Below are positions 1-11,309 of a stretch of DNA of 64,000 nt, piece by piece. Source of the stretch: Epiperipatus broadwayi. Taxonomy: Eukaryota; Animalia; Onychophora. The DNA lies in assembly GCA_028023455.1 (NCBI GenBank), contig JAQFVV010000002.1, forward strand, positions 33,418,001-33,482,000, given 5' to 3'. The notes below the pieces were generated by a model. It was not told where the DNA came from. It saw only the letters and a list, made by a program, of their open reading frames with translations, and made no database searches. Numbering within the stretch: the stretch's first letter is position 1; each line of letters starts with the position of its first letter. The translations under genes and the position numbers were made by a program.

Positions 1-176
1 TTTAATACAATGATTTTGGTAATCAATTAAATAAATTTATATAAAAATGATTATTAAACTGAAGAAATGAAATGGTACTTTGGTTATGAAAATATTTGCT
101 AAACAAATGTGTAAAAGAAAAAAAAATTTTTTTTTTTACAAATATCTATTACAACGTATCATTATTATTATTATTA

Positions 177-899
177 TTATAACATTAATCCTTGAATATA
201 CTCTTCATCCTCTATACCACTGACTGCCCGTAAAATAAGCGTGACGACAGTAAGCGTTGCGGCATTTGTAGGGAATGCCCTAATAACTGTAGAAAACAAA
301 CCTCGAGTAAAGGCTAGAAGTCCTTCCTGCTTGTAACTTTTCTTAATACAATCTATAATGCCTTTATAATAATTGTTTTGATCAGCCTGAATTCTTGTTT
401 TAACAACATCTATTGGATATGTAATCACCCAAGACATGATCCCACTCATACCACCGGCAAAAAGTAACTTCCCAGTCCCTATTTCTTGGTCAGGATCACT
501 AGTTAAGATCTGCGTCAAGCATTCATAGGTGCTAAAATAAATGCCAAAACTAGGTGCTTCCCGTATGATGGTAATGCTATAGCCTCTAAAGATCCCACGA
601 ATCCCTTCGGATTTGTAAATTTTAAGAAGGCAATCGAGTGGACTCTTGTACAGGATTCTGTTAACAGTTGCTCTAGATGAAACCTCGCCTTGGATCTGAA
701 GGCGAGTTTTAGCAAGCTCCATAGGACAACAGACCACTGATTGAACAATACCTGCAGTGGAACCAGCCATAAAAATACTGCTCAAATGGTCAGGGTGTCT
801 GAGATTCCGTTGAACATTACCATACACTCCAAAAACTATTGCATTTATAAACGCCAAACCAGCCAAAGGTGAGCTAATACCTTTATACAATCCAAACAT
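177..899 (-). CDS. SLC25A29: Terminal coding exon of a mitochondrial carrier (SLC25A29-like basic amino acid transporter)
   Basis: 240 codons plus stop, with carrier signatures PMELAKTRLQ and PIDVVKTRIQ, plus GLYKGISSPL and REAPSFGIYF. A strong acceptor (long T tract + CAG) sits directly before 899, so the ORF's Met is internal. The symbol is by recalled similarity to SLC25A29; close paralogues SLC25A45/48 are not excluded without a search. Confidence 0.92.
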   Translation of the reverse strand: MFGLYKGISSPLAGLAFINAIVFGVYGNVQRNLRHPDHLSSIFMAGSTAGIVQSVVCCPMELAKTRLQIQGEVSSRATVNRILYKSPLDCLLKIYKSEGIRGIFRGYSITIIREAPSFGIYFSTYECLTQILTSDPDQEIGTGKLLFAGGMSGIMSWVITYPIDVVKTRIQADQNNYYKGIIDCIKKSYKQEGLLAFTRGLFSTVIRAFPTNAATLTVVTLILRAVSGIEDEEYIQGLML

Positions 900-1216
900 C
901 TGAAAAAAAAAAAAGAAAAGATTTTAATGGAAAATGCTGAATAAATTTAAAACAAATTTATATGTACTTTTGCAAGAAATAACACTTTATTAAATGAAAA
1001 ATCATTTTAAAATGCATATTTAGACCTGTAATGAGTTAGAGTGATACATATTTTTTTAAATTTCACAATCCAATCATAACATATCTGTTATCTCCTCTTA
1101 AATTCTTGAAAAGAAAATATGGGTTATTTAATGTATCAAATAAAATTTAATAATCAAGAGATTCGATTCCTTGGGAGTTCATAAGAAGTTTGACTGCAGG
1201 AAGTACCAAAATTAAA

Positions 1217-1373
1217 CAATAAAGCATCACATGATCATCTTATACTAGCATATAATTGTTTATAAACAAGGCAAAACTCTCCGTACAGTAGTGCCACCCT
1301 GTGCCTTCTGGCATCCATTGATTACTCTGGTTGGCACAGGGTGGCACTACTGTATGGAGAGTTTTCCTTGTTT
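1217..1373. mobile_element. HHR-1 family fold-back insertion (internally deleted, no ribozyme core)
   Basis: 3' tail on the minus strand plus an inverted arm ending TTGTTTAA. Flanked by direct repeats aagtaccaaaattaaa (1201-1216) and aagtaccagaattgaa (1374-1389). Confidence 0.8.
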
Positions 1374-1787
1374 AAGTACCAGAATTGAAATCAATCCAAT
1401 GACCTTAAAGTCCCAGAGTCTGAGCTCTATCATTACATCAAATGACAATCAAATTATTAATGGACACCAAAGAAAAATAATTTAGTTTCTTGTTTTTGTA
1501 TATTTTCATTTGTATCAATTGATATTAAAATCTTGATAATTCAAAACATCTCAAACAATATTTTGCAAAAAAACATAATTTTAATATTTGAAAAATTGAA
1601 ATTAATGTAAAATATTGTGTAACGATTAGATATTTGCAGAACTTTGAATTTAATTTTACAAATAACAAAAAATAAATAAAAATATCTTAAATCATTTTTC
1701 AAGATTTTGGATATTTTAATATATTATTTATTTAAAGAAAAAAATCACAATCTTCCAAGATTTTAAAACACTTCCATGTAGAAGGTG

Positions 1788-1836
1788 ATGTTAAAACAGG
1801 CAAAACTCTCCATCCAGTAGTGCCACTCGTGATGTT
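1788..1836. mobile_element. 49-nt HHR-1 family mini-insertion
   Basis: Inverted arm gttaaaacaggcaaaactctcc..gtgccac plus gtgatgttt, flanked by 9-bp TSD tagaaggtg (1779-1787, 1837-1845). Confidence 0.7.
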
Positions 1837-3104
1837 TAGAAGGTGGTTACTCCTTATGTTTTTACTCCCATCAGCACTTCACAAGTCTCCACAAAGTTCA
1901 ACTCCATTTGAATTTTAACATCGTTTTATTTAATAAAATAATACTGTATTATTAGAAGAATAAAACATAATTAATTGGAGTAACATATTAAAGTAGAGTA
2001 GAGATGTGCTTGTAACCTATCCATGATGAAATAGCATTTTTAACAATAGTATTTCCAAGGATAGTGCAAAAAGAACAGTGAAAGTTAAAAAAATCTAAGT
2101 GGGATTTGACAACAATTAACTCAATAAAATACAGTTTGGTATGATAAAGCAAGAGGTAATACTTATATAATGTGAATTTCAAGATAAAAAAAAAAAACAG
2201 ACAAAAATATGTAGAAAGTATGAAATAGCAGAAACAATGTAACGAGGGTTTCATTGCATATATAACTCCAAGTAACAATGTCACAAAAGTAATTTAATAT
2301 TTTTCCAAATAAACAATTACGTAGTAGGAATTTGATTTCTGCTTATTTTTTTCTTGGTCCATCACAGTGGAACTATGGATTCATTGCAAGGAAAATGTGA
2401 GGATAGTATTTTGATCAATGTGATTAATCAAAGATGTCACCTAAGGAGATTATAAAAAATATGAAGTCATGCTTGTCTTTCTGGTTATTTGAAAAATGAT
2501 CTAAAATGGCATGATGTGTCCATTTACACCCCCCACCCCCCTGGAAACATTCAGTGCAACATAAGGATATGATTGTTGACAATTTTTAAGGAAAAATGAA
2601 GTAAAAGTTTGAATTATTATAAAAATAAAAAAAATTAATAGTTTGAAAAAAAAAAACAAAGTTGAAACAAATTTGCCTGGGAGTTTAGAGAAATAGACGA
2701 ATAAAAAGGATCTCACATTATGGAATAGCAATGACAAAATAATAGTAATATTGTGTGGTTTTAAACAACAAAAGATAATGATTTTTCAGAGTGAAGAATT
2801 TAAAAACCTTCCGTCAAATGAAGGTGCATCTGTTTTAAATCACTTCCAATTTTTTAACAAACAGCTTTCTTTGACGTGCAAGAACAGATAGAATCTACAT
2901 TTGTTAATATGTAGGACATAATTTATACAAGGAACTGCTTATATTCTATATGGTTTGAACATATATATTTAAACCCTATTATCAAAAAAGAATGACTTAA
3001 TATTCCTCTAATACTATTTCAAAATATTCTATGAAGATTTGATTTTATTAGGAATCTGGACATACCAGTTTTCCCTACTATACATAAAAAAAAACAATAT
3101 TATG

Positions 3105-3690
3105 GAAGTATTTGTCTGAAGGTTTGTAATGATGGTATATTATAAGATGTGATATGTTGGACTATTTTCATCATTTATGAGTGAATGTTGAATGTATAGA
3201 AAATTTTAAACTTTTCCAAATACAAACAACTCGTTAGTAATAACACAAATAGACAATACAGGTTAATAATTACACAATGTTTCGAGTAGTATTATTCTCC
3301 ACTCTTCTTCGGGTGTTGCTGGCCTATATGCACAGTGACAATATTCGTTTAGAAGTTGAACTCCTACCTTTAGATTCTTGTATATTGAATACAAGAATAG
3401 CTCAGTTGGTAGAGCGTTTGCCTTAAATTCGATATACAAGAATCTAAAGGTGCGAGTTCAACTTCTAAGCGAATATTGTCACTGTGTATATAGGCCAGCA
3501 ACATTTGAAAAAGAGTGGAGAATAATACTACTCGAAACATTGTGTAATTACTAACCTGTATTGTCTATTTGTGTGTTATTACTAACAAGATGTTTGTATT
3601 TGGAAAAGTTTAAATAAAGTTTAAAATTTTCTATACATTCAACATTCACTCATAAATGATGGAAATAGTCCAATATATCACATCTAATAT
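3105..3690. mobile_element. HHR-4 family (tRNA-headed, hammerhead-like) head-to-head inverted pair
   Basis: Long inverted arms either side of a tRNA-like A box TAGCTCAGTTGGTAGAGC (about 3398). HHR-like motifs at 3273-3317 (-) and about 3500-3545 (+). Confidence 0.8.
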
Positions 3691-5689
3691 TATGGAAGGT
3701 TTATGCCTGAAAATATTCTGAAATTCATAACTTTTAAAATCAATATATTTAACCCATAATGACTACAAGTGGCATATCATATTGAACAAAATTTTCATAC
3801 AGGATTTCATAGAATTTTATGAAATGAACATGTTTCTGTCTCAATAGCTTTGTATATGTTTGTATTTTGCAAAAAAAATATGCATTTTGTTTGCATAGTA
3901 TAAAATATTTATGCCTATTGCTTAGCGAGAAGTATCACTTACCAGTTGTACTCTGTAGGTAAATAATTTTATTCCTCCATTTTTTGTGCTTTATGATTAT
4001 ATTTTTTTATACAAATATTTTTTGGACAAAAGGCTGATACATTAAAAAAATCAAATGTATTTTACTGTAATAACACCCTAATTTTCCTTTTAAAAAATCC
4101 ATCCAGCTATCCCAATTGAAAAAAAAAAAATGTATGCAAGTTAGCCGATTTCTATTGATCATATCAAAAAATGTGGAGTACATGTTCCTGTCTAAAATAA
4201 ATCATTTTAAAATTATTTTTAGTTGTTTTATTTATTTTAAATGCCCATTTGGAACCTTATTTATATTATAAAATAACTTCTCATGGGCATATTAGATACT
4301 GGTTATAGCGATTATTCATAAAAACATAGCCATAGGAATTAAAATAAATACATAATGTCATTACATATTCAATTTATATAATTTAAAAATTAATAATATC
4401 AAATAATAAATATTTCATAAGCTTATATCCAAATTTTCATTATAAGATGATCGTGGTTAAAAAAATCCACTTATATCAGTTGACATGTTTATTTTTTGAA
4501 TAACAAATTGTAAGAAAATTTTTGTGTTTTCGATAATATAAAAATCTGGATTTTATTTCAACAAATATTAATGATATGCCAATAATATTAATGAAATTCG
4601 CCATTACTATTCAATTAACTGATTTGATTTGGATTAACTACTGCAGTTTAAATATCAAACATTATAAAAACTAAAAAAATGTCAGATTTCTATTCTGAAA
4701 AATTATTTAAATTTATAATTGTTATATAATAAATTATTCAAATCATTGCAAATTAAAGGCATATTAAAACATCCCATCATAATTTGTATTTTAAATTTCT
4801 CTTTGGCAATGATTTCCGGCTTTGCTACTTCTTTCTAAATAAAGTTACTTTAATTTTTCAAAAAAGATCTGAAATATGAAGAATAACTGCATCAAGGAGC
4901 TAAAGAATATTGAAGGCTGTACAGATGAGTGTGATTAGATTAGCTATGGGTATATCATAAAATGAAAACTAACATGAAAAAAAAAGGGGTATAAGGTAAT
5001 AGAAAAACATTCTAATATGGTCCTGTAAAAAGAAATGGACAAGAGACTAATTATAATAAAGAGTAAATTACACGTAGAAACATGGTGAGGATAACTCCCT
5101 TTCCCAATATATGCCGGAGATAAATCAATAAATGTTCATTAACATTAGTAACCCCAAATAATTAATGAAGCATGACCATTCTAATTCCAGCCAGAAACAG
5201 AATACAAAAAAAAAGAAAATATTAATCATAATTTTGGCTTTGTAACTCAAGGACAGAAGAAATATACATGCATTCCCTTACAAGAAGTAGAGATGACCAG
5301 ACTTATGATGACTGGGACATATAGAAACTAAAGTGAGTGAATAAGATTAATGATTCATTTGGTAATAAATGTTAGTAATAATTATTAGTGAATTAAGAAA
5401 ATGACTTATTGACTGTAAAAGGTATTGTGTTTAATAATTTGCATAATGGCAAACTTAAACGGTCTATTATAAAATTGTTGCATAACACATAGATTGACCA
5501 TCATCTACATTTTGTTTAGACAGGAAAATTGTCAAAAAAACTTGAATGCATATCCTTCTTAAATAATTGTATCTTATGGATTACGCTAAGAATCTAAATA
5601 AAAATGAAGTCTATAATCCAAGCAGTTAAAATGAAGGTGTAGTTTATTAAACAGATCAGATATTACTATACTTCACAATAAAATGAGTT

Positions 5690-5885
5690 GTTAAAACAGG
5701 CAAAACTCACTATACGTATTGCCACACACAGCAAGCTAGAGTAATCAATGGACGCCAGAAGGCTTGTGTATAAAATCCCCATCTAGTGCTTACTCATCCA
5801 ATATCCCCAGACTAGTTTCTGGCTTGTGGCCTTCGTCAGTGAGGAGCATAAGAGGTGGTGGTCATGTGATGTTTATTGGCTTAAT
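5690..5885. mobile_element. HHR-1 family inverted insertion with an intact-looking hammerhead on the minus strand (5804-5845)
   Basis: Reverse complement reads TCCTCA-CTGACGA-A-GGC-cacaa-GCC-A-GAAA-CTAGTC-TGGGGA. It is followed by the sense tail ggtcatgtgatgtttattggcttaa. Confidence 0.8.
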
Positions 5886-6774
5886 TTCTCCCCAAAAGTT
5901 TATGTTGATTCTTTAGTAAAAGCTATTTTTGCTAAATATCAATAGCCATTAAACGCTAAAAAGTGTCAACTTGGATTTTCAAGGTAATAATGTCACTAAG
6001 GCACAAAATTATTTCAAGAAGGCTATTATGAAGTGGGTAAGTCAGATCTTGGATTTATTAAAAAGTAGAATCCAACTGGTTCTTAGAAAGTTATTGTATT
6101 AATGGTTTGCTTCAACACACATATGGCATCCCTTAATTGGCTAATCCATAAGCAGTATTGGGACTAAAATAGTAGTAATAATCAAATGGTTTTATTGTTT
6201 GGGAAATGGAATGAGGTTTGAGCATTAGAAGTGCTCAATTTGATGATCTTATGCTCCATGGTCTGATATTCTACCACTGCACTGAACCACACAGGAAAGT
6301 ACAGGGATTTAACAACTGACATGATGATATAAGAATAATTGTTGGAATAAAACTGCAAAGGAAATATAATCATTTCATTTATTAACTGTGATTCTTTTGG
6401 AATTTTTATTGATTTATGAAAATAAATATGGTTCTGAATAAATGATATCCATAAAATTTATGAATAGCTACGATAATATAATGAATCAAACATTTGAATT
6501 CTTGTATCATAAATAATATATCAATACTATCGACATATTTAGATTTGAACAAACAATAGGCTTGACGTTAGACAACTTCACCTTCAAAACCCAAATATTG
6601 CAAATCTTGATGAAGTCCCTGGGAAAATTTTGAATAATGATATTTATCAGTTTGAATAGCAATGAATTTTTTTAAAAATACATGAAAAAGTGAGCGAATG
6701 TGCCTAATTTTAAAGATAGAGGAAACAGAATATTGATATTTCTCTGCTTCAGCCAGGTAATTACACGGATTTTA

Positions 6775-7040
6775 AGCCAATAAACATCACATGACCACCA
6801 CCTCTTATGTTTGGATATAATTGTTGTTAAAACAGGCAAAACTCACTATAAGATCTAGATTCAGTGCTCTCAGATCCAAGGCTCCTCACTGACTAAGGCC
6901 ATAAGCCAGAAACTAGTCTGAGGATATTGGATGAGTAGGCACTAGATGGGGATTTTATGCACAAGCCTTCTGGCATCCATTGATTATTCTAGCTTGCTGT
7001 GTGTGGCAATATATATAGTGAGTTTTACCTGTTTTACAAA
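6775..7040. mobile_element. HHR-1 family inverted insertion
   Basis: Minus-strand tail (6775-6850) plus a plus-strand arm with a mutated core (CTGACTA). The 8-mer ggatttta occurs on both flanks. Confidence 0.75.
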
Positions 7041-7654
7041 GGATTTTACTGAATAGATTGTTTCAAATCCTAGATGCTAAATAAATCATCTACTTTTAAA
7101 GAATTGATCTCTACAGACATGGTTTTCATTGCCATGCATATGCAAGAGTAAAGATGTGATATATCTTTTTATCAATTTAAAATCATGGTTTTAATTGAAA
7201 AGGTGATCATATATGAAAAACGCTGACTATCCTCAGAAGTTTATTTGTACTTCAACTAAATTATTTGGTTATTAAATTACATGAGTTTTTATTATTATTA
7301 TTATAAAATCACATGGAGTTAATGTAAAGAAAAACATGTTAAACACACAAAAGCCTGTAGATAGAGCCAACAAAATTCTGCTGAAGATGATATTCATAGT
7401 ATGTATGTGTACATACATATAAATTTAAAAAAAGGGAGACAAATATATTTATTCTTAATGCAGAAATGCTAAACCAATCAATTCAATGATTAAAAGAAAA
7501 AATTAATTTCATAGTGTTAAAAAAAATTATGAATTGAAATAAAAATTTAACAAAGGAAAACAGTAATTATAAAATTAAATAATCATAAGGGTAGATAAAT
7601 GTTCCCAAAAAAGTATTGTAACTTTTGTGGCTTTCTATTTTCACTCTTCTACTG

Positions 7655-7685
<31 letters not shown>

Positions 7686-8582
7686 ATGGTATGTGCATTT
7701 TTTAACATTATTTGATTACTAAAAAATAAATCTATATTCATTACTGTACATAAATGAATGTAAAGCCAATAGAAGTCTTAATACAGAATAATGTGCATAA
7801 AGAAACAATAAGGTATTAAAATATAATAATGTTATAACAAATGATAAAATCCAACTTCACGATCAGACACAGTGATTGGATTCATGGATCATAAAGCATA
7901 TTTGGAACTTATTTCTGTGGAAAACAAGATAGATAGCTATTTATTTTAAATCCAACAATTTAGCATTAAATAACAACAAAAGCATTTTAGCAATTCAGGA
8001 AAGCATTAAAAAAGATTATAACGCATGTGGCAAAATAGCATTTAGGATAAACCGTGAAAAATAGTTTTTTGAATATTTAATTTTTATTAAATAGAATTAT
8101 AAGAATTTATGGATCAATAATTGGGGTTTGAATTCCAGTGTAGAAGAGAGTAGCCCTTTCAGTCCATCCTTGTTTTCTATTCTAGCTCATAAGAGCTGAA
8201 TACCCATTTATCAACCAATATTGGATGTATCTGTAAGAAAAATTATTAGTGTGATTTAACTCAGAAAATTTTTTCCAAGTTTTATCTGGCTCAGATTAAT
8301 AATGGAAAAAAAAGATATATGTTATTTTTTTTCACAAATGAAAGTATTTAAAGTATAGAATATAAAAGAATGATTAACACGGCTTTCACTATCTATAAAT
8401 AATTAATGAAAGATTAATATCTTGGATAGAGATATAAATAATGACAATACAAAGATTTACAGGTTTTAGAGCTTTATAATCACTATGTTTATAAGGCATT
8501 TTTAAATAATCCAAATAAAGAATATTATGACAATCAAATAAAAGGGTAATTCCTCCTGTTCATTATATACAAGTTTAGAACT

Positions 8583-8852
8583 ACTTAAACAAGGCAAAAC
8601 TCTCCACTCCGTGCCAACCAGAGTAATTGATGGATGCCAGAAGGCTTGTGCATAAAATTCCTATCTAGTGCCTACTCATCCAATATCCCCAGACTAGTTT
8701 CTGGCTTGTGGACAAGTAGGCACTAGATAGGGATTTTATGCACAAGCCTTCTGGCATCCATTGATTACTCTGGTTGGCACTACTGTATGGAGAGTTTTGC
8801 CTTGTTTAATAACAATTATGTGCTAATATAAGAGATGGTGATCATGTGGTGC
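8583..8852. mobile_element. HHR-1 family fold-back insertion
   Basis: Inverted arm from ttaaacaaggc to inside hammerhead stem II, then a sense arm and tail. 8-bp TSD ttagaact (8575-8582, 8853-8860). Confidence 0.8.
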
Positions 8853-10217
8853 TTAGAACTCCTTGTTGCCAAAAAACTCTGAAATCATACAGTGAATTAA
8901 CCAATGAATACAGAATATCACTAAGCCTGGACTGCCAAGAGATTTTGGAATAAACTCAATCTACCTAAATGAGTTGGGCATTTTATTATCTCCAAAATCA
9001 TATTTGTAGATGTATTCAATCCTATAATAAAAACGAATTTAGGATGTTCATCTCTTAGGGATCAAAAAAACATAGATCTCATGATTTGAATACTCATCAA
9101 CTTTCATTACAGCCCAACATCATTTGCTACAGGTTTTTTTTTTAGTCATAAAATTATGTATGGCAATAAATAAATAAATAATTCCATTTATTATATTAAA
9201 CTATTTGTGATGGAATATTATTTGTTACCGAAGAGCTTATATATTTAGTATAAAAGAAAATTTAAAGTTTATCATAATATTGTATATAAGTAATAAACAG
9301 GTAGTCATTTCTTAATTTGAATACAAAATTAAATTAGGTTTTTTCAATGTCCATCTTTTTACTTAACAGGATTTGGGAATTTGAATTAACTTGCCCAGGT
9401 TTGGCAAAGTGATGATGTGCTTTCTATTTTGAAATGCAGTCTGAACCAAACAGAAATATTTGATTGATCTACAAAAGCTTTCTACTTAAAAGATGAACCA
9501 GTCCAAATTGGATAATTAGTGATAGATTAACTTACAAAGACCTTATTAATAAAATAAATAAGAGAAATTTGAATATACATGTGACGAATCTTGTAAAATT
9601 TTCAATAAATTATGTCTTTCCTGGATGCCTTGTATTTTGGGGTAAATATCATCTAATGACAAAGCGAGGGATTAGAAAGTTTATGATTATGTTTTATAGA
9701 TATCAAACATTTAACCAAAACATTTTAGGTATATTTCATTATCAGCAATGTTTCAAGACTTCTGAAGTAAAGAAGATCTGATCAGAGTCCTAACTGGGTT
9801 ATCCGATGAAACGTTCTCTCACAATCAGTATACACAGAATTCTCATCTCTTATGGCAATCTGCTATATTTAAGACATTTGTCTTGAGATTTAATATTTTC
9901 AAACAGTCCGCCCAATAAACAGTAATTTTATCTTTCTTTGTAGCAACTCCACTTAAATTCTATGGTAATGAGAATAAAACTGTAATTATCAAAACATTTA
10001 TTATTTGAAAATGCTCATAGATGCATATTTCTTTCATCCAACCTTTATTAGACATGGATTTATTGACAATACCAGAAGGCTGGCTGGGTTAACTAGCTAA
10101 AAAAAAAATCCTATACTTGCCTAGGTAATCCTTAAAAGAGAAAATCGCTCCAAAAATAAAGCAAAATGTTAACTTAGAATTCTTTAATATCAAAAAATTT
10201 TGATAAACATTTGCCAA

Positions 10218-10280
10218 GCGTTGGTGGTTAGCATACTGCCTTTTAAGCAGCTGGCCTGGGTTCGCTTCCCGGTCAACGCA
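10218..10280 (+). pseudogene. tRNA-Gly(TCC)-derived pseudogene or SINE head
   Basis: GCGTTGGTGGT...GCAG..GGGTTCGCTTCCCGGTCAACGCA matches eukaryotic tRNA-Gly-TCC. The D arm is deleted, the anticodon reads TTT and the T loop is altered. Confidence 0.75.
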
Positions 10281-10374
10281 TTTGACATATAAAAAAAATT
10301 CTGATAAACAATTCTTTAAAAACAAAAACAATATTTTCTAGACATTTTTAAAATGAATTACTACAAAGAGATTT

Positions 10375-10621
10375 AAGACTGAAATGGCGTTAGGCTGGAC
10401 ATATTGCTAGAAGATATGATAATAGATGGACAATTGAAATCTTAAATTGGATTCCAAGAGATTGTAAAAGACCCAGAAAGAAATCACATGCGAGATTGAT
10501 GGATGAAATAACAAAGTGTGTGGGGGTGATGTGGAGAAGAGATGCTAAAGATCGGAGAAGATGGATTGAACTTGGAGAAACCTTCCATCCTGCAGTGGAT
10601 TGATAATGGTTGATGATGATC
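10375..10621 (+). mobile_element. RTE-clade LINE 3' end fragment
   Basis: Decayed translation resembling KWRWAGHIARR.DNRWT.EIL.WIPR..KRPR, ending in a (GAT)n tail. Confidence 0.8.
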
Positions 10622-11309
10622 TCATATTAATTATATAAAATAGTGATTAAAAATTATAATAGACTAATTAGATGAATACAATATTTTTTATTTACACATA
10701 AATAGCATATCCAGGAAATTGCAAAGTCTTTTTCAATTACCAACAGATACCCCCCTCCCCCATACTCTCTAATTTTTGCTTCAATTTCAAAATCCACAAA
10801 GAAAAAAATTTTGGCTAACCACCTGTTTCTTGTTTAATGTTATGAACTGGCAATATCCATTTTTTTTAGGCTAGAAAGGTTTTACCGTCATTCCTATCAT
10901 AAGCAGAGATTTTGTTACAGATTTGGATTATAAAGATTTAGAGAATCATTTTATTTATTTAGGTAACTGTGAAAGCTTTTTTTTTAAAAAAAAAGATATT
11001 TTTTAATTAGGTTCATATTAAGTGCAAGCAATTGACGTTTATATTTTCTACAATTTTTTAAATAGCTGATATGGTCCTACAAGTAATTTTGAATATTTTA
11101 TAAACTTTCAATATCTATCTACATTATTTTTCAGTTTGTGATTCATTTTACAAATGACTTGTTAATAAACAAATAACTCCAGTTTTTCATAGGAGATTAC
11201 AAAAATGTTTAAAATTAACATTTCATATTAAAGGATTGGTATTTGTATTTCACATATTATTTCTGTATTGTTGTGGTGGGGTTTATGTTAATGAGATTCA
11301 AATTGTGTG

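Noticed and set aside
515-748. 77-aa overlapping ORF
   Set aside because: An alternative frame inside the carrier exon with no independent support.
897-899. ATG of the 240-aa ORF as the gene start
   Set aside because: It directly follows a strong splice acceptor, the protein lacks the first carrier helix, and an in-frame upstream exon exists at 23117-23200.
3398-3470. Functional tRNA gene
   Set aside because: Only the A-box/D arm is tRNA-like, there is no closable cloverleaf, and it belongs to the dispersed HHR-4 repeat.
1217-8860. HHR-1 fold-backs as classical MITEs
   Set aside because: The arms are asymmetric and variable, TSD lengths vary (8-16 bp), a one-sided tail is present and an internal ribozyme motif exists.
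9770-9825. HHR-like CCGATGAAACGTT and nearby DDVLSIL as a Penelope RT remnant
   Set aside because: No stem II or stem I can be formed, and the RT similarity is only a few residues among stops.
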